A stretch of 32,000 nt of DNA from NCBI GenBank assembly GCA_048882505.1, contig JBHLRO010000015.1, forward strand, positions 29,696-61,695, in the 5' to 3' direction. This DNA is from Candidatus Thorarchaeota archaeon (GTDB lineage Archaea; Asgardarchaeota; Heimdallarchaeia; Hodarchaeales; Hodarchaeaceae). The translations under genes were made by a program, and so were the position numbers. The notes beneath the pieces were generated by a model, which worked only from the letters and a program-made list of their open reading frames with translations, did no database searches and was not told the DNA's origin. Below are positions 1 to 10,000 of this stretch, in pieces (positions within the stretch are counted from its first letter, which is position 1; every line of letters begins with the position of its first letter).

Positions 1-1
1 C

Positions 2-1339
2 TTAAAAACCCCCTTTGAGGTCGTTCAGGCGGCACGTACCCTAGGTATGTTGATCAAATCCTCGGGAAGTGTACGAAAGGGATTAGGGGCGCTTCGACAA
101 GATATCAATGTTAGTATTGAGGAAGGAGATCGTGTTGAATTGAAAGGAATACAGCAACTCCAGCTAATCCCCGATGCGATAGATTTGGAGATCAAACGTC
201 AGATCGGCTTGGTGAAAATTAAAAAGGAGTTGGAAAAACGCCAAGTGAAACCTGAAGGTACGCCTCTTCGTCTCAGGGATATCACTGACGTTTTCAAGAA
301 AACAAAATCAAAAATGGTCAACCTTGCCCTAAAAAGAAAGGAAAGGATATTTCTTCTCTCTCTTGAGGGATTTCAGGGATTGCTAGGCTTCGAACTCCAA
401 CCAAATAAGCGATTTGGCACTGAGCTATCCGATCGGGTTCAAGCTTTTACCGATCTTAAAGGAATAATCCACAGTGATGAAGATCTAGGAAGTTACGGAT
501 TTTCACAGGGAGAGATTGACGACATTCGGAAAGAGGCTTTCTCTAACGATTCCGCTTTTATTATTGTAATAGGTGAGGAAGAAGAAGCCAAACGAGCATT
601 GACATTCGTACATGATCGTATACTTGATGCCTTTAGAGGAGTTCCTCAAGAGACAAGACGAGTAAATGCTGAGGGTATTTCTACCTTTATGAGAGATCTT
701 CATGGTCGAAGCCGCCTATATCCAGATACTGATCTGCCCCCCATTGTAATTGACCAAGAAAAGGTTTTGAAAATTGAGAAAAACCTTCCTGAACCCTTTT
801 GGGATAAGATCGAGCGAATTCGTTCCACTTATGGTATTTCGGGCAAGTTAGCGGAAGATCTGGTTTATGATGATAAAATCGAAGTCTTCGAAGAGTTAAT
901 CGCCCGAAACGCCCCTATAAAAACGGTAATAACAACATTGACGCAAACTTTGACTGCTTTATCACGAGACAAGGTTAATATCCATGCTATTCAAGATAGG
1001 CACCTTCTTGAAATGTTTGAAGCAATAAATCAAAAACAAATAGCAAAAGAAGCTATTCCAGATATTTTGACACTGATAGGAGAGAATCCCACTCGAAGTA
1101 TTTCAGCAGTTATCACGGATCTAGGTGGAGGAATGTCCCAGGAAGACTTAGAGCGGCTTATCGAAGAGGTATTGGACAAATCAAACAAGTTAATCTTGGA
1201 TCGGGGTATGGAAGCGCAATCCCCGTTGATGGGTTCGGTGATGAAGCAGGCAAGGGGAAAAATCGATGGCAAAGTTGTTAGTGAAACCTTACGACGGTTG
1301 CTTCAAGCTCGCTTAAAACACATTAATGAGGTGAAATAG
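2..1339 (+). CDS. gatE: Glu-tRNA(Gln) amidotransferase subunit E, 5'-truncated by the window edge
   Basis: The frame is open from base 2 (LKTPFEVVQAARTLGM...), so the track start at 47 is internal. GatE motifs: RQDINVSI, VELKG.Q, an AspRS-like insertion (GIIHSDE), VPQETR, RLYPDTDLPP, and a C-terminal Yqey-like tail (LMGSVMKQARGKIDGK). Lies 2 nt upstream of gatD. Confidence 0.96.
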   Translation, partial: LKTPFEVVQAARTLGMLIKSSGSVRKGLGALRQDINVSIEEGDRVELKGIQQLQLIPDAIDLEIKRQIGLVKIKKELEKRQVKPEGTPLRLRDITDVFKKTKSKMVNLALKRKERIFLLSLEGFQGLLGFELQPNKRFGTELSDRVQAFTDLKGIIHSDEDLGSYGFSQGEIDDIRKEAFSNDSAFIIVIGEEEEAKRALTFVHDRILDAFRGVPQETRRVNAEGISTFMRDLHGRSRLYPDTDLPPIVIDQEKVLKIEKNLPEPFWDKIERIRSTYGISGKLAEDLVYDDKIEVFEELIARNAPIKTVITTLTQTLTALSRDKVNIHAIQDRHLLEMFEAINQKQIAKEAIPDILTLIGENPTRSISAVITDLGGGMSQEDLERLIEEVLDKSNKLILDRGMEAQSPLMGSVMKQARGKIDGKVVSETLRRLLQARLKHINEVK

Positions 1340-1341
1340 AA

Positions 1342-2691
1342 ATGTCCAAAGAGGAATACGCGGGATATCTGGGATCAGCACTGCTCTGGCTTCAAAACAA
1401 CCAGCTTGAAGTGTGGGATGAAATTGAAGTTGTCAAAAGGGGTTCAACAATAAATGGCGTCATTCTTCCCCGGAATGAACTCGCCAATCCAGAATACGTT
1501 ACCTTGAAACTTGCTACTGGCTATAACATTGGAATTAGTACAGGGGGAATTCAGTCAGTAAAAAAAACAGGTCGAAGAAAAGGAAAATATCGTGTTCCTC
1601 AGACCGATGCGCCTCTAAAAACTGATCTTCCGTTTATCCCAATTCTCGGGTGTGGAGGAACCATTGCTAGCCGTCTAGATTACGAAACTGGAGGAACCAT
1701 TCCTGCCCTATCCCCCGAAGAACTGTTATCATCGTTTCCAGAAATTGCAGATTTGGCAAAAATAGAAACACGATTGCTTTTTGAGTTATTCTCCGAAAAT
1801 ATCGCATTTGAGCATTATGCAAAGGTTTTAGCAGAAATAGAACAAATAATAAAGCAAAAAAAGGCGCAAGGAATTGTATTGACGCATGGCACTGATACAA
1901 TGGCTTTTACAGCTGCAGCGCTCTCCTTTGCAATAACAAATTCCCCCATTCCTATAGTCATTACCGGTTCCCAACGATCTTCTGATCGCCCCTCGTCCGA
2001 CTCATTTTTTAATCTGTACCATTCCGTCATGTATGTTTCATCACCGGAGGCCAAGAAAGAAGTCGTAGTCATTATGCATGAAACATCCTCCGATACCGCA
2101 TGCTCAATACATCAAGCAACACGTGTACGGAAGATGCATAGCAGTCGGCGGGATACATTTCAAACAATCGGCGCTGCCCCTTTAGGCCGAATTGAAGGCG
2201 GCAAGATCGTGTACAACCAAGAAAGTACGCCCTTCTTACAAGATAAGGCCGCCGAAACGAGGAAATTTCAGATTAAAAAGAAGTTTGAGCCGATGGTGGC
2301 CATGTTTCACCATTATCCTGGGGTACGACCGGGCAACTTAGAGTACCTCTTGGAAAACGGCTACAAAGGTATCGTACTGGTAGGTACTGGACTTGGCCAT
2401 ACTTCTTCAGAGCTTATTCCATTGGTTCAAACAGCCACCACAGATTTGGGAATGGTGATTGTAATGGCCACACAAACACTACATGGTTTCACTGGAATGT
2501 CTGTCTACGAAACAGGCCGTCGTTTGGTAAAAGCTGGGGTTGTACCAGTAGGGAATATGCTCCCAGAAACAGCCTATATTAAACTTTCTTACCTTCTGGC
2601 CAATTACAGCGTTGATAAGGTCAAAGAACTGATGCCTACGAACCTCAAAGGAGAGATTCTCTCTCGGGAGCGTTATAATGCCTTTCCCTGA
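1342..2691 (+). CDS. gatD: Glu-tRNA(Gln) amidotransferase subunit D (asparaginase-like glutaminase)
   Basis: N-terminal GatD domain (KLATGYNIGI), GGTIASR, HGTDTM, SQRSSDRPSSD, RKMHSSRRD, MLPETAYIKL; adjacent to gatE. Confidence 0.97.
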   Translation: MSKEEYAGYLGSALLWLQNNQLEVWDEIEVVKRGSTINGVILPRNELANPEYVTLKLATGYNIGISTGGIQSVKKTGRRKGKYRVPQTDAPLKTDLPFIPILGCGGTIASRLDYETGGTIPALSPEELLSSFPEIADLAKIETRLLFELFSENIAFEHYAKVLAEIEQIIKQKKAQGIVLTHGTDTMAFTAAALSFAITNSPIPIVITGSQRSSDRPSSDSFFNLYHSVMYVSSPEAKKEVVVIMHETSSDTACSIHQATRVRKMHSSRRDTFQTIGAAPLGRIEGGKIVYNQESTPFLQDKAAETRKFQIKKKFEPMVAMFHHYPGVRPGNLEYLLENGYKGIVLVGTGLGHTSSELIPLVQTATTDLGMVIVMATQTLHGFTGMSVYETGRRLVKAGVVPVGNMLPETAYIKLSYLLANYSVDKVKELMPTNLKGEILSRERYNAFP

Positions 2692-2873
2692 AAATATTAT
2701 ATCAAATCCCTCTCTGTAACTCCCCATTCTGCTCGTAAGTAAAGGTTTATTTAGGAGCGAGTAACAGGGATAAAATGGTGGTGTTGGAAACCATTGGAAA
2801 TTTGGTTCATTAATACAATTTTTTAGATCGTCTATTCACATCCACCTACTTGATTGAAAGGAGACATTATCCA

Positions 2874-3395
2874 ATGAACGACACCGAATATCGTGTTTCT
2901 ACTTCTGTTTCAGCTGAGATTAAACGCTTAATGCGTAATATCGAGATATATCGTGCCCAAACCTCAGATTTTTACGAGGAATTACGCAAGCACGCCGCAT
3001 ATTTAAAGGCTTTCAGTGAAGGAGATGGTACCGAAGCAAAGAAAGCCTTGGAGAGAATTAATGTCATAATTAATGAACTTCTTGATCAGTATTGGGAATT
3101 GAATGAATCTCTGGTAGCTTTAGAAGGGGTCGAATTTCTAGAGAGCAACCTTCCTAGAACTGGCATCCAACTCTCTCGAGAAATCATCCAAATCCTTAAG
3201 CAAATGGAACCGACGTTACAGAATGCCCATAAATCACTCCACTCAAACACATTTTCAGGAATGACCGAAATCTACACGGTTATCAACAACAAAAAGTTTT
3301 CTCACCTAGATGATGTACTAAAAAAACTCTCTACGGTCATTGATCAAAGGGCAATTCGCAAATTAGACCATCTAAGACAAAAGAGAATTATCTAG
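2874..3395 (+). CDS. Hypothetical soluble, probably alpha-helical protein
   Basis: Open frame of 173 aa from the ATG at 2874, preceded by AAGGAGA about 9 nt upstream (preferred over the track TTG at 2850). No recognisable motif. Confidence 0.7.
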   Translation: MNDTEYRVSTSVSAEIKRLMRNIEIYRAQTSDFYEELRKHAAYLKAFSEGDGTEAKKALERINVIINELLDQYWELNESLVALEGVEFLESNLPRTGIQLSREIIQILKQMEPTLQNAHKSLHSNTFSGMTEIYTVINNKKFSHLDDVLKKLSTVIDQRAIRKLDHLRQKRII

Positions 3396-3485
3396 GTTCG
3401 CGATACTGAGGATTACGGGTTTAGTGGTAAACGGAAAACTAAGAGTCCACGCCCCTCTTTTTACAAGTTAAACAGAAAAAAGACA

Positions 3486-4061
3486 TTATTCGATAACAGG
3501 TTCACCACAAGATGGACAGCTGAACGCACCAGGAGGAATTCGGTTTCCACATCGCTTGCAAGTCCATATTTCCTGTTTGGATTTTGCCCAAACCTTTCTA
3601 GTTCGCTCTTTTTCAATATTTGGTTCCTCCACGACTTTGGTTGCATTTCCCGTCACGAACGCGGTAATACAAGCAACCAATGTACATGCTGTGGTTCCCA
3701 AACCAAATTCAACAAGAGCTGAATTGGTGCTTAAGGCGTTAATATTGGCTGAAGCAAGAAATCCTGCTCCAAGAATGGTCCCTAGTAATCCAGCAAAGCC
3801 CCCCCAAAACCCATTCCTAGCCCGAACTCCTGCAATGGCACCTGAGATTCCCCAGGCCACTAAAACAGCCCAAAAGGATGTCAAAGAGTCCGATGAGAGA
3901 AACATTCCCTGAAACATACTTTGAAGCACAGGCTGAAAAGCAAGTGTTGTTAATGAAGTAGCATTGGCAGGATCAAACACTAATTGTGCGATTTCTAGAG
4001 CAGATAGGCCAACGGAAAAAACAAGAATCACATTGATCAAGGGGTTTGTGGTTTTCGCCAT
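3486..4061 (-). CDS. Membrane protein (about 4 Gly-rich TM helices) with C-terminal zinc ribbon
   Basis: Hydrophobic GxxxG-rich segments followed by CKRC-x10-CPSC. ATG at 4061 (TTG at 4070 is an alternative start). Confidence 0.8.
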   Translation of the reverse strand: MAKTTNPLINVILVFSVGLSALEIAQLVFDPANATSLTTLAFQPVLQSMFQGMFLSSDSLTSFWAVLVAWGISGAIAGVRARNGFWGGFAGLLGTILGAGFLASANINALSTNSALVEFGLGTTACTLVACITAFVTGNATKVVEEPNIEKERTRKVWAKSKQEIWTCKRCGNRIPPGAFSCPSCGEPVIE

Positions 4062-4226
4062 GATACTCAACCTGAGTGTTTTTCAGCCAGTAATATTGCC
4101 ATACCATAACTACGATATTAACAATTTCCTTTATTTCGATCCTAAGATTAGCCTTTTCATGAACAATTACATAATTACTAACCTTCGGATAGCAATTATC
4201 CAGTTTACAAGGAGCCGAGCTAGTCG

Positions 4227-6245
4227 ATGCGCCAGATGTCCAGTTTAGATATTTTTTCGATAGTACAAGAGTTACAGGGGTTACTCAACTACCGAATTGA
4301 CAACGTGTATCGAGACTCCTTAGATCGTTTCTTTCTCCTAAAAATGAAAGGACGAGGACCCTACAAAAATCCCTTTCTCCTGATCGAACCAGGCATTAGA
4401 ATCCATCTTACCGAGTTTAAGCATTCTGTCCCTGAGCGACCCTCTGATAAAGTATTGAACTTGCGAAGTCACATCAAAGGAGCCGAAGTAATAGAAATCA
4501 GTCAGATCGATTTCGATCGCCTGATAAAGATAGAGCTCAAGGGAAAGCAGCGATATATACTCTATGTCGAATTGTTCGGAAATCGACCAAATTTCTTGGT
4601 GGTTGATGAAATGGGCAGAGTTATTTACGCTTTATGGTATAGAAAAATGAGACATAGAGATATCTTGCCAGGAAAAGGGTTCGAACTCCCCCCTTCACGC
4701 GGAAAAGCGATTCTGGACATGGAAATGCCTGAACAGCTAGAAGGGATTATTTTTTCTGGTTCTGATCCTAATGAAGAAATTGTAAAGAGATTAGCTCGAG
4801 GATCGGGGGGAGGCGGGCATCTCATGGAGGAAATATTGGCGCGGGCAAATATTCCCAAAACGACTCCAGTTAAGTCCGTAGGTGGTCAGGATATCAAGCA
4901 GATAGTAAACGCCATTATCTCCCTTAAGGACGATCTCCAGAAGCTGGAGCCAGCCATAATCCTCGATGAAAAGGGGGAATTATGTGGCTATCAACCAATC
5001 AACTTCTATTCGAATCCTCATCCCGTTAAGCCTGTTGAGAAGTTTTCAGAGGCCCTGGATTTCTTTTATTCCAATATAGTAGAAACTAAATCGATCGAAT
5101 TTACTCGGGAAAATCAGCAAAAACAACGGCTTCTAAAGATTTTAAGCAGTCAAAAAAAGACCGTAAAGGAATATGAAGAGAAACAGAAACGTTTGAAGGA
5201 ATTGGGTGATATAATCTACAAATATTTTGATACTATTCACGAATTATTGTCAACGATTACCACAGCGAGAAAGAAAAACATCCAATGGGAAGAAATTAAG
5301 ACCAAATTAATGCAGGCCAAAAAACAGGGCGTACCTTCAGCCATGATTCTTGAAAAGATTTTTCCTGGCCGTGGCGTGGTCCAATTGAATTTGGGATCAA
5401 CCCAAATCGAAGTAAATTTCCGGAAATCGGTATCCGAGATTGCGAACGAATATTACGAGCGGGCCAAGAAAGCGGGTAAAAAAATCGCTCCTGCTCAAGA
5501 TGCCATCGGAACTACAGAACAAAAAATCGCAGTTTTGACTGAAGGCCTTGAAGTACAAACGCAAACCGAAACGGTGGCCTCCAGGCTGAAACGCAGAAAA
5601 AGAAAGTGGTACGAAAAATATCATTGGACAAGAACCAAAAACGGCTTCTTAGTGATCGCTGGAAAAGATGTTTCTACGAATGATGAGATTGCGAAGCGCA
5701 GAATGGGAAAAACTGATCTTTTCTTTCATGCAGAGTTACAAGGGGCTCCATACACCGTCCTTTTGATGAATAGCAGCGAAAATGAGCTTTTAGAAGCTGA
5801 CATCAAGGCAGCAGCGCGCCTTGCGGCTGCATTTTCGAGTGGTTGGAAAGCTGGATACGGAGCGGTTGATGTTTATTACGTTTCCTCAGAAAACGTTGGA
5901 TTTACCGCTCCTAGTGGAGAATACCTGCCGAAAGGAGGAATTATGGTACGTGGTTCCCGAAAATACGTTAGAGGTGTCCAAATGAACCTAGCAATAGGTA
6001 TCGAAATCCTTGAGGAGAACGCAGCTGTGGTATACGGTACGGAGGAAGATATTCGAGAACTTAGTTACATCTTGGTGATTATAAAACCTGGATCGACGTC
6101 CAAAGGAAAGATTGCAAAACAGATCAAGAATATCTTTTTAAAAAAGGCCGCAGATCCGACCGTGAAAGCTAAGGTACAAGCGATCGATCTGAATGAATTT
6201 GTAAACGCAATACCTCACAGCTCTATTGTTTCAGAGGTGGACTAG
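4227..6245 (+). CDS. rqcH: Ribosome quality-control factor Rqc2/RqcH (NFACT/NEMF family)
   Basis: MSSLD N-terminus, NFACT-N DFDR motif, ELFG..N, HhH region, coiled coil, NFACT-R (WYEKYHW, VIAGKD, FFHA, PSGEYLPKGG). Confidence 0.92.
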   Translation: MRQMSSLDIFSIVQELQGLLNYRIDNVYRDSLDRFFLLKMKGRGPYKNPFLLIEPGIRIHLTEFKHSVPERPSDKVLNLRSHIKGAEVIEISQIDFDRLIKIELKGKQRYILYVELFGNRPNFLVVDEMGRVIYALWYRKMRHRDILPGKGFELPPSRGKAILDMEMPEQLEGIIFSGSDPNEEIVKRLARGSGGGGHLMEEILARANIPKTTPVKSVGGQDIKQIVNAIISLKDDLQKLEPAIILDEKGELCGYQPINFYSNPHPVKPVEKFSEALDFFYSNIVETKSIEFTRENQQKQRLLKILSSQKKTVKEYEEKQKRLKELGDIIYKYFDTIHELLSTITTARKKNIQWEEIKTKLMQAKKQGVPSAMILEKIFPGRGVVQLNLGSTQIEVNFRKSVSEIANEYYERAKKAGKKIAPAQDAIGTTEQKIAVLTEGLEVQTQTETVASRLKRRKRKWYEKYHWTRTKNGFLVIAGKDVSTNDEIAKRRMGKTDLFFHAELQGAPYTVLLMNSSENELLEADIKAAARLAAAFSSGWKAGYGAVDVYYVSSENVGFTAPSGEYLPKGGIMVRGSRKYVRGVQMNLAIGIEILEENAAVVYGTEEDIRELSYILVIIKPGSTSKGKIAKQIKNIFLKKAADPTVKAKVQAIDLNEFVNAIPHSSIVSEVD

Positions 6246-6263
6246 CTGGTTAATACAGGCGGA

Positions 6264-6929
6264 TTACATTATGTCATCATCCGTGATATGATCATCATCC
6301 ATCGGAGAACCGAGGAGACAATCCGGACATAGAGTGTATCCGCTCATCGATGATAATTCCTCAGAATAGTTGCCACAGTCATCACAGAATCCTTTAAAGA
6401 GAGTTTTTGTATGGTTCACATCATTGGGGAGAGATTCAATAAGAAGTCTTTCACGACGGATCCGAAGAAGGCCAGGGGAAAATCGTAAGATATCATTTGT
6501 AGAAACAATAGCAAGAGGGCGATCCTCCTCGTCTACGACAAGCATCCGTTCGATATCATATTGACTCATAAGAAGCATCGTATTTTCTAAGGTTTCATCT
6601 TCAGAAACGATATGAACCGGCGATGACATGACATCATCCGCTATTATTATTCCTGGGTCGAGTCCTCGCCCTACCACCCGAGTAATGATGTCTCCCTTCG
6701 TAATGATTCCTATGATGTCTCCATTCACACCTTCATCAGCTGTTAGAAGGACAGAACCAATCTTATGATCCATCATCAGCTTTGCCGCTTCCGCCACTGG
6801 GCGATTTGCGGACATTGTAACAATTTCTTTGGTTAGAGAAGTTAATAGAGTACGAAGTCGAATATCGCTCTCACCTATGTCGTTTGACCTCAGTGTGTCG
6901 CTTTCGTCTAACCCATTACTCGGATTCAC
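6264..6929 (-). CDS. Tandem CBS-domain protein with C-terminal zinc ribbon
   Basis: Two CBS repeats (KIGSVLL...GIITKGD; MSSPV...IVSTND) and C-terminal CDDC-x15-CPDC. GTG start; exact start uncertain. Confidence 0.88.
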   Translation of the reverse strand: MNPSNGLDESDTLRSNDIGESDIRLRTLLTSLTKEIVTMSANRPVAEAAKLMMDHKIGSVLLTADEGVNGDIIGIITKGDIITRVVGRGLDPGIIIADDVMSSPVHIVSEDETLENTMLLMSQYDIERMLVVDEEDRPLAIVSTNDILRFSPGLLRIRRERLLIESLPNDVNHTKTLFKGFCDDCGNYSEELSSMSGYTLCPDCLLGSPMDDDHITDDDIM

Positions 6930-6953
6930 TCTTGTTTCATTCCTTGTTGTTTA

Positions 6954-6975
6954 TTAGAGGTATAAAGACCTCTAA
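6954..6975 (-). promoter_or_regulatory. Inverted repeat enclosing a TATA-like box upstream of the CBS gene
   Basis: TTAGAGGT-ATAAAG-ACCTCTAA: perfect 8-bp arms. The minus strand reads TTTATA at the centre, about 33 nt before the GTG at 6929. Confidence 0.5.
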
Positions 6976-7043
6976 GTATGTTGACTTCGAATCCTAATAA
7001 AATGTTCGTATTGGTGCGACCAATGTTTTGCCATTCGAGAGAC

Positions 7044-10000
7044 TCAGATAAGTTTGGTGGGCCGTGGGCCTCGGTCAAACAGCATTTGCTTGCGTAGGTT
7101 CACCAGTTTTATCCAGGCCTTGGAATATGCCGATATTTCAGTATTATATGTTTCTTGCAGCTGTTCAATGATATGTAATAATCGAACTACCCATCCTGCC
7201 GATAACGATAAACTGATTAAATCGCTATGACAAACAGGACACAATGAGGAGAGTGGTATGCGTCGAAATACCGTTTTACACCTAGTACAACGGAAAGGTT
7301 GAAGAAAAAACCGGTTCATCGAGTTTGAAGTTTTGATCATGAAGTCATTCTGGAGGATTCCATCCACGAAATCACTTTCTTCAATTCCCCGTATCCGTGG
7401 AAGGATTTTGAGGATGGATTCAACCTTAGAAATAATCGTTTTGGTTTTAAACTGGTTTTCCAAGCGAAAAGATGAATAATTATCTATTATGTGGATTTTG
7501 GGTATGGAAGGGGCCAGATAGGATTGTTCGTATGTCATAAGATCTTCTCTGAGTGGATTTTCGTTCAATGATCTGTAATAAAGAAGATTCAGGGGCACGG
7601 AGCTATATTTGCTTGCTAAGGATAATCCCTCCCAGCTTTCTGGAAAATGAACGATCATGGGAATATCCATGCTTCCCCCCCGCTGAGTAGGGTAGAATTC
7701 TTTGGAGAAATTTAATAACACATCGAGCAGGAGAGTAATTGAGTCAACATCTCCATTGCAATTGCGAGTTTTTAAGCTATGCCAGAGCGGATGGGCCAGA
7801 AGGACATTTACGTCTTTGATGTGTCCAATTACCCTGCCAACCACTGCAATTGCAGAAAATGGAGAGAGTCCCACAATAATCGTACCAATCAGGGTTTCCA
7901 GTGTTTTACGTCTATAGTAGCGTGGGAGGCTGTATAGAGAGGACAATTCATCATCCACAAACTTTGTTTGCTTTATTAGAAAATCACCAGCGGACTGGTT
8001 AATGATCACATCAAAAGGGAAGAGTTCAACCATCTGGTCTTCATTTTTTAGCTCATCTCCATACACATCATGCGAATATCCAAGTAATTTTAGATCCGAA
8101 ATGGATGTATTAATTTCTTTTGGCGTAAAATGCGTCAAAGGGGCATTAGTCATTTCAAATCTCGAAGTGCCATCCTTATAGACGAGAAGATCGTATTTAG
8201 CTCTTAATATCCCTTTGGCTAAATGTTCAGGAATATGGTTACGACTATTAAGATAAGCCACCCCCTTAATCTTATCTACTTTAGCTTCTCCAGTCAGTTG
8301 AAAGGCCAATTCCAGTTGCGTTGCTAGATGAATGGGTTTGTAATGAGAAGGAAATGCATATTGCCCGCATGTGGTGCAATTTCTTTCAGCGGAAATATGT
8401 CCCTGCTTGCATACGTAATGTTGGTCCGTCTGTTCATCGCATTGAGGACAGAATACCTGGTAGGTAGATATCTCGCACGAGGCACAATACCGCTCTGCGA
8501 GGCGTACGTTTATTGTCGATTCACCTGCCGCCTTTAAAACATCTTTTTGACTTCCCCCGTATGATCCAATGGGAAATAAGACGTGAGCTGGCGGATTAAG
8601 ATGTCTCGGTTCTGCTTTCTCTACTCGGAGGATCTTTAAACCAATTCTACGGTGGCATAGAGATTTTATCTGAATGCCAGTTAAATGAGAAAGTATTTCT
8701 TCAATTGTGGGCGGTTCGGGTGATTTTAAGAGAATCTGGGTTAATTGTTGCTTTTTCCCCTTGAGGGCTTGGATAAATAGCTCAAACCGTGGACTACGCA
8801 GTTGATCTCCTTCAATTGTAAAGGGAACTCCAAGGTTACTTAAAATTTTAATCAAATCCGCATCTTGGGGAAACAAATCACTGTTCGACTTATCGATCAG
8901 TAAAAGAAGCTTTTCAAGGTTTCCAATAGCAATTTCATTCCAGTTGAAGGAGTAGTAAGGGTGAAGAGGGGTATTAGATAATCTAGATAGTCCTACAGCA
9001 ACCTCTTGAGGAGGTGGATTTAATATGGGAGATTCGAGATATCGCTTCAACGTGTCTACTGGGATGCTTAGTTTTGCTGCTAAAAATTCTAATCCTCTAG
9101 CTTGTTTAATCATGGCGGCATAAACTTCTTGACTCCACCATTCTTCGGTCCAACTTGCCTCTTCAATAGTTTCAGTTGCAGGGATATCGTCGGGTGAGAG
9201 AAGTAGGTCTCCCATCTCCCAGACTAGCTTGATCTTGTCCTTTAAATCACTAAATTCCGTAATAGATTCCACTCTAATGGTGGAACCATCCTTAAGCTCT
9301 ATATACGGACCAAGTAATGAAGATACTGGAAATAAAGTGATTGGACGATCCATTACATCAATAATAACATTCGTTCCAGGTGACAGCAGCTCTAAGAAAT
9401 GCATAGTTGCTGGGTGAATCCCTACTGCACCCTGTCCAGTATTACGGGCTATTCCATATCTAAGTCGGAATCCACCAGGAGCTTTTGATCGAGAAAGTAA
9501 CGGCCTTGTGCCCCTGGCATCCTTGGAAGAAAAGGATGGTTTTTTCCGTTTTTCAGTTACATGAGGTTTAAGCCATTCCCATTCTAGCAATTCGGCCGTC
9601 GTACGTTGTTCAGCGATAATGTTAATATTATCCATGAGTTTTTCTAATGTGACACACATTCCCATGCGTAATTGATTGTGGATATTGGGTAAATTTCTAA
9701 ATCTTCGAACTTCGATCCGTTCCGATGGTTCTCCAGTAATCTCAACCCCAATACTTTGGATTAGGGTCTCCACAAGATCCCTACGCAAATCTTGTGACCG
9801 ATCTATTAGGGCTAGGAATAATTCCATCTCCTCGATATATCGGTTAACTAAGGCTGGAGACGGTCGAAATCTCTCGATGTGCAGAAGTCTCCTAATATAG
9901 TCTGCGATGAGAATGACGAGGCCGATTATATCTCCTCGAACGTATCGTACAGTATTACTAAAAAAGAGGGTGAGATGATTTGTCCTATTCGAGATAAAAA

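Noticed and set aside
1642-1674. GatD motif CGGTIASR instead of the usual TGGTIASR
   Set aside because: The catalytic Thr of GGTI and the HGTDT/Lys residues are intact; a minor variant.
6983-6994. TTCGAAT T-loop-like sequence
   Set aside because: No T-stem pairing or cloverleaf around it, so it is not a tRNA.
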